DNA from: an uncultured Oscillospiraceae bacterium
Lineage (GTDB): Bacteria; Bacillota; Clostridia; Oscillospirales; Ruminococcaceae
DNA: 64,000 nucleotides
Assembly: GCA_902463265.1 (NCBI GenBank)
Contig: CABQEV010000003.1
Location: 92,242 to 156,241, forward strand
Direction: 5' to 3'
This document shows, one piece after another, positions 27,573 through 36,021 of the stretch; position 1 is the stretch's first letter; every line of letters begins with the position of its first letter. The notes beneath the pieces are model-generated. The model worked only from the letters and a program-made list of their open reading frames with translations, did not search any database and had not been told where the DNA came from. The translations under genes and the position numbers were made by a program.

Positions 27573-28121
27573 ATGAAAAAGTTTGTCTGTTCTGTATGCG
27601 GCTATGTTTATGAGGGTGAGGCTGCTCCTGAGAAATGTCCTCAGTGCAAGGCTCCTGCAAGCAAGTTCAATGAGATAAAGTCCGAGGACGGCATGACATG
27701 GGCTGATCAGCATGTTGTAGGCGTTGCAAAGGGCGTTGATCCTGAGATCATTGAGGGTCTGAGAGAAAACTTCAACGGTGAATGCTCCGAGGTCGGCATG
27801 TACCTTGCTATGGCAAGAGTTGCTTACAGAGAGGGTTATCCCGAGGTCGGAATGTACTACGAGAAGGCTGCTTATGAAGAGGCTGAGCATGCTGCAAAGT
27901 TTGCTGAGATGCTGGGCGAGGTAGTTACAGACTCCACAAAGAAGAACCTTGAACTGAGAGTTATGGCTGAGAACGGCGCTTGCGAGGGCAAGAAGAAGCT
28001 TGCTACACTTGCTAAGCAGCAGAACCTTGATGCTATCCACGACACTGTTCACGAAATGGCTAAGGATGAGGCTAGACACGGCTGTGCATTCGCAGGTCTC
28101 CTCAAGAGATATTTCGGCTGA
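27573..28121 (+). CDS. Reverse rubrerythrin (N-terminal rubredoxin-like Cys4 + ferritin-like diiron domain)
   Basis: [10 protein letters not shown]...CPQCK lies at the N-terminus, followed by diiron ligand motifs EEAEHAAKF and [10 protein letters not shown]. The domain order is reversed relative to classical rubrerythrin. Confidence 0.85.
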   Translation: MKKFVCSVCGYVYEGEAAPEKCPQCKAPASKFNEIKSEDGMTWADQHVVGVAKGVDPEIIEGLRENFNGECSEVGMYLAMARVAYREGYPEVGMYYEKAAYEEAEHAAKFAEMLGEVVTDSTKKNLELRVMAENGACEGKKKLATLAKQQNLDAIHDTVHEMAKDEARHGCAFAGLLKRYFG

Positions 28122-28144
28122 TAAAAAATCTATATCAATACATG

Positions 28145-28178
28145 GCTGCCTGAGCGATATGTTCGGGCAGCTTTTTTT
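28145..28178 (+). terminator. Intrinsic terminator after rubrerythrin
   Basis: GCTGCC / GGCAGC stem followed by T7. Confidence 0.7.
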
Positions 28179-28198
28179 GCATTTTACATAAAAAACAC

Positions 28199-28227
28199 TT
28201 GAAAAAAAGTCAGCTGTGTGGTATAAT
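28199..28227 (+). promoter_or_regulatory. Sigma-A promoter of the sulfhydrylase/AI-2E unit
   Basis: TTGAAA (28199-28204), 17 nt, TATAAT (28222-28227). Confidence 0.6.
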
Positions 28228-28262
28228 CATAACAATATTTATTATCGAAAGGACATAAACCA

Positions 28263-29549
28263 ATGAAAGAAATCAGTGCAAATGCTAAAATTGAGACAAA
28301 ATGCTTACACTCGGGATATTCCCCCAAAAACGGCGAGCCGAGAGTTATGCCGATAGTTCAGTCCACTACCTATGTTTATGATTCAACGGATTCAGTTGCT
28401 GCGGTCTTTGATGATCCCACAAAGAGCCTTATTTACTCGCGTTTTGAAAATCCCACGACAGATGTTGTTGAAAAGAAGATAGCTGCGCTTGAGGGCGGTG
28501 CTGCTGCTATGTGCACATCAAGCGGACAGGCTGCGTCACTCTGTGCAATTCTGAACATATGTCAGGCGGGTGACAGCTTTATTGCATCTTCCTCCATTTA
28601 TGGCGGAACTATCAATCTGTTCAATGTTACTCTGCGACGTCTTGGCATTGAGTGCATTTTCGTTGATCTTGATGCGCCCGATGAGGAGATACAGAAGCAC
28701 GTTAAGCCGAACACAAAGCTTTTCTTCGGTGAAACTATCGCAAACCCTGCGCTTACTGTTCTTGATATCGAGAGGATCGCAAATCTTGCACACAAAAACG
28801 GCGTTCCTCTGATCGTTGACAACACATTTGCTACTCCGTGCCTCTGCCGTCCTATTGAATTTGGTGCGGATATCGTTGTCCATTCAACAAGCAAATACAT
28901 GGACGGACATGCTGTTCAGGTCGGCGGAGTTATAGTTGACAGCGGAAAATTTGACTGGACAAACGGAAAATTCCCGATGATGACCGAGCCGGATGACAGC
29001 TATCACGGCATTGTCTACACTAAGGATTATGCATTTGCACCGTACATAGTTAAGGCAAGAATGCAGCTCATGAGAGATTTCGGCTGCTATCCTGCTGCGA
29101 ACAGCTCCTTCCTGCTGAATCTCGGTCTGGAAACCCTTGCTGTAAGAATGGACAGATACTGCGAGAATGCTATGAAGGCTGCTGAATTCTTCGAAAAGTC
29201 CGATAAGGTGCTGTCTGTTCACTATCCGTCCCTTAAATCGGACAAGTATTATGAGCTTGCAAAGAAGTATCTGCCCAAGGGCGCAAGCGGTGTTATTTCG
29301 CTTTCTATCAAGGGCGGAAGAGACAATGCTGTTAAGTTTATGGACAGCTTAAAGCTTGCATCTAATGAGGTCCATGTTGCGGATATACGCACCTGCGTTC
29401 TTCACCCTGCTTCCGCAACTCACCGTCAGCTGACAGATGAGCAGCTTGTCGCAGCAGGAATCGACGGCGGACTTATCCGCTTCTCCTGCGGTCTTGAAAA
29501 TATTGATGATATCCTTGCAGATGCTGCTCAGGCTCTTGATAAAATTTGA
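28263..29549 (+). CDS. metY: O-acetylhomoserine aminocarboxypropyltransferase / cysteine synthase (PLP-dependent OAH sulfhydrylase)
   Basis: 428 aa. Cys/Met-metabolism PLP enzyme pattern with the lysine motif VVHSTSKYMDGH. The N-terminus TKCLHSGY...PIVQSTTY is typical. Confidence 0.85.
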   Translation: MKEISANAKIETKCLHSGYSPKNGEPRVMPIVQSTTYVYDSTDSVAAVFDDPTKSLIYSRFENPTTDVVEKKIAALEGGAAAMCTSSGQAASLCAILNICQAGDSFIASSSIYGGTINLFNVTLRRLGIECIFVDLDAPDEEIQKHVKPNTKLFFGETIANPALTVLDIERIANLAHKNGVPLIVDNTFATPCLCRPIEFGADIVVHSTSKYMDGHAVQVGGVIVDSGKFDWTNGKFPMMTEPDDSYHGIVYTKDYAFAPYIVKARMQLMRDFGCYPAANSSFLLNLGLETLAVRMDRYCENAMKAAEFFEKSDKVLSVHYPSLKSDKYYELAKKYLPKGASGVISLSIKGGRDNAVKFMDSLKLASNEVHVADIRTCVLHPASATHRQLTDEQLVAAGIDGGLIRFSCGLENIDDILADAAQALDKI

Positions 29550-29585
29550 TTATTAAAGGGAACCTCTAAAAATGAAAGGCAGAAA

Positions 29586-30878
29586 ATGAAGCTTGATTTA
29601 AAAAACGATAAATATAAGGTGATCTCCTGCTATGCGATAGGCACATTTGCGGTATGTCTGCTTATGGTCATAATCGTACAGAAATTTTCGCTGATAATGG
29701 GCTTCGTGGGTACTATAATCAAAGTGCTAAGCCCAATAATCTGGGGAATTGTTATCGCATATATCGGAAATCCGATAATGATGAAATGCGATGCGCTGTT
29801 CATAAAGCTGTTTGAAAAGAAAAAGCCGCATCCCAAGATACGGCGTGCAGTCAGCGTGACGATAACGCTTGTTGCTATAATTGCGATGCTGACGCTCCTT
29901 ATTTCGATGATACTTCCTAACATCGTCAACAGCATAATCAGTATTTTCGGAAATACGAGAACATATTTCACGAATGTTCAGGACTGGATCAACAATTATG
30001 CTAAGGATTATCCCGAGGTAATGGATTATCTGAACGGCAAGTTCACTGAGATCGAGGACAAAGCACTGTCTATCGTTAGCGATCTTCAGCCCAAGCTTGT
30101 TGAGTGGGCGGGAACGCTGACTCAGGGAGTATGGGCGTTCGCAATGGGACTAAAGGATTTTCTGCTGGGCTTCTGTGCGGCGATATATCTGCTTGCGGGC
30201 AAGGAAAAATTCCTCGCTCAGCTCAGGAAGATCACATGTGCTGTTCTCCCGAAAAAGGGTGCTCAGTGGTTTATGAAGCTTTGCTCGATAACAAACAAAA
30301 ATCTCGGCGGATTTATCAGCGGAAAGCTTGTGGATTCGCTTATCATAGGCATACTCTGCTTTATCGGAATGCATCTGATGAAGATGCCTTATGTGGTGCT
30401 TATCAGTTTTATCATCGGCGTGACGAATATTATCCCGTTCTTCGGGCCGTTTATCGGTGCGATACCGTCTGCGCTGCTGATACTTCTCGCAGATCCGTAC
30501 AAGTGCCTGCTGTTCATCATTTTCATTCTTATCCTCCAGCAGTTCGACGGAAATATTCTCGGACCCAAGATACTCGGCGAAACAACGGGTCTGCCCGCAT
30601 TCTGGGTAATGACATCTATCTTTATAGGCGGCGGATTGTTCGGATTTCTCGGAATGCTGCTCGGAGTTCCCGTATTCGCAGTAATATATTCACTTATCAG
30701 CGACGGAACAAATCTGCTCCTCAAAAAGAGAAAGCTCCCTGTTTCAACATCTGCATATTACGGCGGGGGAATACCCGAAAATACTGTTGATGAAGAAAAG
30801 ACAGAAGCTGCCGAAAGTGATGAAGATGCTGCCGCCGATGATGAAAGCTCCGAAGATGATACTGATGCTGAAAAATAA
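29586..30878 (+). CDS. AI-2E family transporter (PerM/UPF0118)
   Basis: Conserved C-terminal core IPFFGPFIGAIPSALLILL...LQQFDGNILGPKILGETTGLPAFWV. It carries an acidic C-terminal tail. Confidence 0.85.
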   Translation: MKLDLKNDKYKVISCYAIGTFAVCLLMVIIVQKFSLIMGFVGTIIKVLSPIIWGIVIAYIGNPIMMKCDALFIKLFEKKKPHPKIRRAVSVTITLVAIIAMLTLLISMILPNIVNSIISIFGNTRTYFTNVQDWINNYAKDYPEVMDYLNGKFTEIEDKALSIVSDLQPKLVEWAGTLTQGVWAFAMGLKDFLLGFCAAIYLLAGKEKFLAQLRKITCAVLPKKGAQWFMKLCSITNKNLGGFISGKLVDSLIIGILCFIGMHLMKMPYVVLISFIIGVTNIIPFFGPFIGAIPSALLILLADPYKCLLFIIFILILQQFDGNILGPKILGETTGLPAFWVMTSIFIGGGLFGFLGMLLGVPVFAVIYSLISDGTNLLLKKRKLPVSTSAYYGGGIPENTVDEEKTEAAESDEDAAADDESSEDDTDAEK

Positions 30879-30955
30879 AGCAGCGGACGCATGATATCCC
30901 CGTGAGGACACACTCAGGCGGATAAAGACCGCATAAGCAACATAATAACCAAAGC

Positions 30956-30999
30956 ACCGCCCCGCTGAGACTTTCGGGTCATTCAGCGGGGCGGTTTTT
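30956..30999 (+). terminator. Intrinsic terminator after the AI-2E transporter gene
   Basis: 13-bp stem ACCGCCCCGCTGA / TCAGCGGGGCGGT followed by T5. Confidence 0.8.
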
Positions 31000-31021
31000 C
31001 CTGCAAAAGTAAAATTATCCG

Positions 31022-31065
31022 AAAAAAAGGGAAGAACTTCGCTGATGAAATTCTTCCCGATTTTT
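31022..31065 (-). terminator. Intrinsic terminator ending the ABC/repeat-protein operon
   Basis: GGGAAGAA / TTCTTCCC stem. T7 follows it on the reverse strand, immediately after the permease stop codon. Confidence 0.7.
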
Positions 31066-31066
31066 A

Positions 31067-32458
31067 TTATTCGTTTTTGATAGCTTCGAGTGCGCTTATC
31101 TTTACTGCACGGTTTGCGGGGTAGAAGCCCGACACAAGTCCGATGAATGATGAGAATATCAGCGCCAGAAGTACGAGCCAGAGCGGGATTATCGAGATGG
31201 GCGTTGAGCCGTCTCCGCCGACCATGTTCGACATAAGGCTGCCGCCGAACTTATTCATGAAGAAGGAAATGATGTAGCTTATAGCCACGCCGATGCCTCC
31301 GCCGAGAAGTCCGATCATGCCTGCTTCCATAAGGAACATTGCACGGATATTCGAGATAAAGCAGCCAAGCACCTTCATGATGCCGATCTCGCGCGTTCTT
31401 TCGTAGATGGACATTATCATAGTGTTTGCGATGCCGATCGCTGCGACAAGAAGGCTTATGCCTGCAAGACCGCCGAGAACAAGCTGGATAACAACAAGCT
31501 GTCCCTGCATTTCCTTGCGGACCTGCGCCATGCTTGATGCGTTGTAGCCCATTGCCTCGACCGCTTCCTGAACGGAGTCAACGTTGTTTATGTCATCTAC
31601 CCACAGCTTGACCTGTGAGTATTCGGGGGTTTTGTCCTTGATGCCGTTCAGACGGTTGTAGTCGTTGATTATCTGCTTTGCGAGCGACATATCTATCATA
31701 ACCGAGTAGACCGTTTCCCAGTTCTGATCCTCCTGAAGGACTGCCGAACAGCTGAGCTTATGCTCATAGCCTCTGCCGCCGCTCTGATAGGTTCCGTCAT
31801 CATTTGTCTTTTTGGTGTTGTTTATCGCAAGCTCAATTGTTTCTTCCATCGGGTCGAAAAACGGCTGGCGGTAGGTTCCGTCGGGGAGCATTTCCTTCCA
31901 CACCGTATTATTGTCACGCTTTTTTGTGTCACGGAACTGATAAGCGGCTTCTGCGCCGAAAACTATGGCGTTTGCGGTGTCTGTTCCCTGCGGAAGCTCG
32001 CCCTGATCTACCTTGTAACCGAGTTTGTCAAACTTGGAGAAATCAACACCGTAGATCTGCATCCAGCTTGCCTGATAACGTCCGTTTTTTCCTGCGGTAA
32101 GCGTTACCATATCGCTGCTGACCTCCATCTTCGGGAACACTGAATCTACATGCTCGATAGCGGAGAGGGCGGCAACTGCATCGTCATTGAGCTTGGGCTG
32201 TTCACCCTGAGATGACGAGCTGTCGCCGTAGGAAATGCTGTAACTGCTGTTGTTTCCGTAGATCGTTACGGCATTCAGGTCGCCCCAGCTTGAAAGCATA
32301 TTGTCCATTGCGGCGTTCATTCCGAGTCCGAGCGATATCATTACGATGATCGCACAGCAGCCGATGATAACGCCTATTACTGTCAGAAATGTACGTCCTT
32401 TTCTGCGCCACAGATTTTTGAGGCACATCGAGATCATATCAGATATCTTCATCGTCAT
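31067..32458 (-). CDS. MacB-type ABC permease (single FtsX domain with large extracytoplasmic domain)
   Basis: 463 aa. TM1 is followed by a ~270-aa extracytoplasmic domain, then a 3-TM FtsX bundle (ERTREIGIMKVLG motif). Overlaps the upstream gene by 20 nt. Confidence 0.85.
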   Translation of the reverse strand: MTMKISDMISMCLKNLWRRKGRTFLTVIGVIIGCCAIIVMISLGLGMNAAMDNMLSSWGDLNAVTIYGNNSSYSISYGDSSSSQGEQPKLNDDAVAALSAIEHVDSVFPKMEVSSDMVTLTAGKNGRYQASWMQIYGVDFSKFDKLGYKVDQGELPQGTDTANAIVFGAEAAYQFRDTKKRDNNTVWKEMLPDGTYRQPFFDPMEETIELAINNTKKTNDDGTYQSGGRGYEHKLSCSAVLQEDQNWETVYSVMIDMSLAKQIINDYNRLNGIKDKTPEYSQVKLWVDDINNVDSVQEAVEAMGYNASSMAQVRKEMQGQLVVIQLVLGGLAGISLLVAAIGIANTMIMSIYERTREIGIMKVLGCFISNIRAMFLMEAGMIGLLGGGIGVAISYIISFFMNKFGGSLMSNMVGGDGSTPISIIPLWLVLLALIFSSFIGLVSGFYPANRAVKISALEAIKNE

Positions 32459-34985
32459 CGTCCTCGTACTTCTTTTTGCGCTTTTTCTTTACGACAACGA
32501 TTATCACAACAACAATGACGATCACTGCTGCGCCTGCGGCTATCCATACCCAGACGGGGATACCTGACGAGCTGCCGTCCATATCAGTCATTGTGTTGTC
32601 ATAATTAAAGTCGTCCATTCCTGGGTCATTATCGTAATTCATCGACATAACGGGGATAATGAACTCCTGAGTCAGCTCCTTGGGTGTGCCGTTTGCGTCC
32701 TCGTATGTAACGACGATATTGCCCTTGACCTCGCCCTCGCTGATGTTCGGGATAATTCTTGTGTCATAGTATTCTTCCTTTCCGCTGTCAACGTTGCCTA
32801 TGTAATATGCTGTCGATGTCTTGTCAAATCCTTCGCCTTCAACGTCAACGGTAACGTTATAAACTGAGCTTTTGCCCTTGTTTACGAATGTCACGCTGAT
32901 CGATGTTTCCTGTCCCGAATAACATTCTGTCGGCAGCTCGGGGGGATTTGCGGAAAATCTGTCTTCCTGCTGGAGAGGGATCGTGATCTTTTCGGTCACT
33001 GTTTCAGCCTTTGCACGCTTGCTTCCTACCGTATATTCATAATCGAAAATTACTTCAAGGGGATAGGAATCAGGCTTGGAATCTGCCTTTGCAATCAGGT
33101 CGATGTTTATAACTGTTGATGACTTGGGTCCCAGATCTTCGATAAAGAAGGAGTTGGACGAATTGGCAGGGGAGAATGCGATCCCGTTGTCGCCCGTGCC
33201 TGCTGCGCCCTGAATAACTACCTTGAGGTTCTGGATAGCTGTTGAAGATGATGCATTCTGAACTGTCAGCGAGAGGGGGAATGTCTTGCCGCCCGTAACA
33301 TATTCACCGCCGAAATCATAGTCGGTGATGATAATGTTAGGCGCAAATGCCTGTGCTTCCTCCTGTGTTGTATCCTGCTTTGGATAGCATGAAACTGTTG
33401 CGTTTACAGTCGAGCTTTCAACAGACTGCGGATCGTTTGCCTTTGTCTGATATTCGCAGATCATGGGGATAACTTCACGTATCGAGGCGATCCCTTTGCA
33501 GCCTACGAGGTTGAATGAAAAGCTCTTTGACGCACCCTTTTCAATGTCGAAGGACGCATAGGAAAGTCCCTTGTCGATGGCGAATTTAGAGCCGTCAAGT
33601 CCGTCAAGAGTAAGTCTTGCGCCGTTTATTTTTCTGCCTGAATTGTTGGTTACGGTTGCTGTCAGAGTGAATTTTGTGCCTTCGCCGATGCCTGTTCTGC
33701 TGACGGTATAGTTAGTCACGGAAAGTCCGTACTTGCTGATGCCGCCCGAAATGCCGCCTGTGGGGTCGCACTCAACAGAAGCGGCTGCCGATGTGCTTGT
33801 AAGCTCAGAGCTGTTGTTGGGATTAACGTAATAATCGACCTTGATGGTAATGCTTTCTCTTACGGAGGATATGCCGCCCATTGCGACGAGAGGGAAAACT
33901 ACCTCGGTATGTCCGTTCTTTTCAATGTCAACTCTCTTGACTGAAAGTCCCGAGTCCATAACGAATTTCGATGCATCGAGACCGTCGAGATAGACCTTTG
34001 CGCCTGTGACATTAACGCCCGTGTCGTTTGAGAGGTAAACGGTCAGATTGAATTTATCATCGGGGAGCACGGGGGATTTGCTGACCTTGTAGTTGTCGAT
34101 CTTCAGTCCCGATTTATTCAGATCGTTTGTGACATTCAGCGAGATGGTTATGGGATCCTGTGAATGTGCCGTGCCTTTGATATCGTAGGATATTACGTTC
34201 AGAGTAAGCTGATAGATGCCTGCGGGTGTCGTCTGCGGGATATTTATCCTGAATGACGGTGCAAATGCAGTGATATATGCGCCCGATGATATATTCTGCG
34301 CCTCAGTCGTAAGCACCTGTATATTTGCCGTATCGGAAGATGTAAGTGTTGCGGAGGCAGCTGTGATATAGCCCTGTGTTATTGTGCGGAGAGATGGTGT
34401 GATCGTAGTTTCAGTGCCTGCTGCTGCGGTGAAATACTGTCCCGAAGCAAGTGTATAGACGGGAACATTCGGGTCAGTCTGCTCGGGATCCTTATACTCA
34501 ACACATTCGATGATGTTGGCTGTCATGGGGATTCCGCTTCCTGTTCCGGAGCTGTTGAAGAACAGCTTGAAGCTGAATTCATTGCCCGTACCTGTGTACA
34601 TTACGTTTCCGAAGGACGCAACGACCTTCAGGAAGGTTCCGTCAACAGTGACCTTTTCGTTGTATGCATCGGGGCTGTTGACAAGGAAGCTTGATGTTTT
34701 GTCCGCTCTTGCAAAGTTGAAGTCATTGATGAGAGCTGCGGCATCGGCGGAATTGCTGAAATTCTGGATAGGTATGTAGGTCGTGATGGTTATGTCAAAA
34801 TAGCTGCCCTTCGTGATAGAGCCAAGCGTAACGTCATATCCCGAAACATATGCGCCTGAGCTCAGCTCGGGATTCTTCGGGACTATCGGGGTATCGTCCG
34901 CAAAAACTGTCATGCACATTCCTATGCACATAAATACTGCGGTAAGAACCGCAGTAAGCTTTCGTAATCTTTTCATTCTGATCAT
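32439..34985 (-). CDS. 848-aa cell-surface protein with multiple CARDB/COG1361-like beta-sandwich repeats and C-terminal TM anchor
   Basis: Signal peptide (LTAVLTAVFMCIGMCMTVFA|DD). There are at least four mutually similar ~100-aa repeats (NYKVSKSP..., NYTVSRTG..., ITDYDFGG..., FSANPPEL...). C-terminal helix plus KKKRKKKYEDDDDEDI. The CARDB family name comes from pattern recognition, not an HMM. Confidence 0.75.
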   Translation of the reverse strand: MIRMKRLRKLTAVLTAVFMCIGMCMTVFADDTPIVPKNPELSSGAYVSGYDVTLGSITKGSYFDITITTYIPIQNFSNSADAAALINDFNFARADKTSSFLVNSPDAYNEKVTVDGTFLKVVASFGNVMYTGTGNEFSFKLFFNSSGTGSGIPMTANIIECVEYKDPEQTDPNVPVYTLASGQYFTAAAGTETTITPSLRTITQGYITAASATLTSSDTANIQVLTTEAQNISSGAYITAFAPSFRINIPQTTPAGIYQLTLNVISYDIKGTAHSQDPITISLNVTNDLNKSGLKIDNYKVSKSPVLPDDKFNLTVYLSNDTGVNVTGAKVYLDGLDASKFVMDSGLSVKRVDIEKNGHTEVVFPLVAMGGISSVRESITIKVDYYVNPNNSSELTSTSAAASVECDPTGGISGGISKYGLSVTNYTVSRTGIGEGTKFTLTATVTNNSGRKINGARLTLDGLDGSKFAIDKGLSYASFDIEKGASKSFSFNLVGCKGIASIREVIPMICEYQTKANDPQSVESSTVNATVSCYPKQDTTQEEAQAFAPNIIITDYDFGGEYVTGGKTFPLSLTVQNASSSTAIQNLKVVIQGAAGTGDNGIAFSPANSSNSFFIEDLGPKSSTVINIDLIAKADSKPDSYPLEVIFDYEYTVGSKRAKAETVTEKITIPLQQEDRFSANPPELPTECYSGQETSISVTFVNKGKSSVYNVTVDVEGEGFDKTSTAYYIGNVDSGKEEYYDTRIIPNISEGEVKGNIVVTYEDANGTPKELTQEFIIPVMSMNYDNDPGMDDFNYDNTMTDMDGSSSGIPVWVWIAAGAAVIVIVVVIIVVVKKKRKKKYEDDDDEDI

Positions 34986-35800
34986 TCCTTATTAAGATTT
35001 ACCGTGGGTTCGGCATGAGTATTAACGGCGGGCGGCGCACTGTCCGACAGAGATGTTACTTCGTCCGCTTTGACTGCTGCTGCTTCGTCTGATTTGAATA
35101 GGGGAGATGCGATGGAGACATTTTTCTGGTCGCTGTGGATATCACCGTCTATGAGATGTATTATCCTGTCCGCATAAACGGCTATTTCAGGATCATGCGT
35201 AACAAGGATAAGTGTCAGGTTATGTTCACGGCACATATGCACCATAAGCTCCATTACCTCGGTAGTTGTCTTGGTATCGAGGTTTCCCGTAGGTTCGTCC
35301 GCAAAGATGACGTTCGGGTGAGCGACAAAAGCCCTTGCGATTCCGACTCGCTGCTGCTGACCGCCCGACATCTGGTTCGGATGATGTTTCATTCGCTTTC
35401 CGAGTCCAACGGCTTTGAGCATTTTCCTTGCAGCCTTTTCCCTGATTTTTTTCGGTACGCCCTTGAACATAAGCGGCATTGCCACATTTTCTATCGCATT
35501 CATCGTGGAGAGCAGGTTGTATGACTGAAACACAAAGCCTGTGTTTTCCTGTCGGAATTTAGCAAGCTTTTTTTCATTCAGCTTAGCAACATCGGTCCCT
35601 GCGATGATTATTTTTCCCTTTGTCGGCTTTTCCAGACCTGCGAGCATATTCAGCAGCGTGGATTTGCCCGAACCTGACGTACCTAGTATACAGCAGATCT
35701 CACCCTTTTCGATCGACATATTAATGCGGTTCAGAGCGACTACCTTTTCCGTATCCATTCTGTACACCTTTCGCAGCCCCTCGACCTGAATAAAAGGCAA
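34982..35800 (-). CDS. ABC transporter ATP-binding protein (MacB-type)
   Basis: Walker A GTSGSGKST, signature MSGGQQQRVGIARAF, Walker B VIFADEPTGNLD. I chose the TTG at 35800 as start (PFIQVEGLRKVY), with a GAAAGGAAG RBS 8 nt upstream. The ORF-track GTG 35836 has no RBS. Confidence 0.85.
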   Translation of the reverse strand: MPFIQVEGLRKVYRMDTEKVVALNRINMSIEKGEICCILGTSGSGKSTLLNMLAGLEKPTKGKIIIAGTDVAKLNEKKLAKFRQENTGFVFQSYNLLSTMNAIENVAMPLMFKGVPKKIREKAARKMLKAVGLGKRMKHHPNQMSGGQQQRVGIARAFVAHPNVIFADEPTGNLDTKTTTEVMELMVHMCREHNLTLILVTHDPEIAVYADRIIHLIDGDIHSDQKNVSIASPLFKSDEAAAVKADEVTSLSDSAPPAVNTHAEPTVNLNKE

Positions 35801-35866
35801 AAGTAACACTTCCTTTCCCCAAAAGATAAACGGCACAGTTAGCCGTTATGTCTTTTTACTTATATG

Positions 35867-35895
35867 ATTATAGCATTTTCATTTTCTGATTTCCA
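35867..35895 (-). promoter_or_regulatory. Extended -10 promoter for the ABC/repeat-protein operon
   Basis: On the reverse strand: TGGAAA, 17 nt, then TATAAT preceded by TGC (TGCTATAAT). Confidence 0.55.
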
Positions 35896-35948
35896 CAAAA
35901 ATTCCAAACTGTAATTAAAATAAAAACATTGTAACCGTACTGTAATAT

Positions 35949-35987
35949 AAAAAAAAACAGGCCCGCATTTTTATAATGCAGACCTGT
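35949..35987 (-). terminator. Intrinsic terminator after the 586-aa FecR-like gene
   Basis: An 11-12-bp stem that is fully paired only in the minus-strand RNA (two G-U pairs), followed by T9 on the reverse strand. Confidence 0.65.
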
Positions 35988-36021
35988 TTGATTTTAATGG
36001 TCATTATAAAACAGATGCTTA

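Noticed and set aside
28122-28262. I looked for a SAM riboswitch or Met T-box upstream of the O-acetylhomoserine sulfhydrylase gene.
   Set aside because: The promoter (28199-28227) leaves a leader of only about 30 nt. There is no room for a riboswitch and no conserved motifs.
29558-29572. The 15-nt string GGGAACCTCTAAAAA upstream of the AI-2E transporter gene recurs as its reverse complement at 37838-37852 in the FecR-like intergenic region.
   Set aside because: For a 64-kb window searched on both strands, a few exact 15-mers are expected by chance (about 4e9 comparisons against 1e9 possible 15-mers). The match does not extend on either side.
35801-35836. Longer ORF-track start (GTG 35836) for the second ABC ATPase.
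   Set aside because: There is no RBS before it, and the RBS GAAAGGAAG would then fall inside the coding sequence. TTG 35800 gives the canonical ABC N-terminus (PFIQVEGLRKVY).
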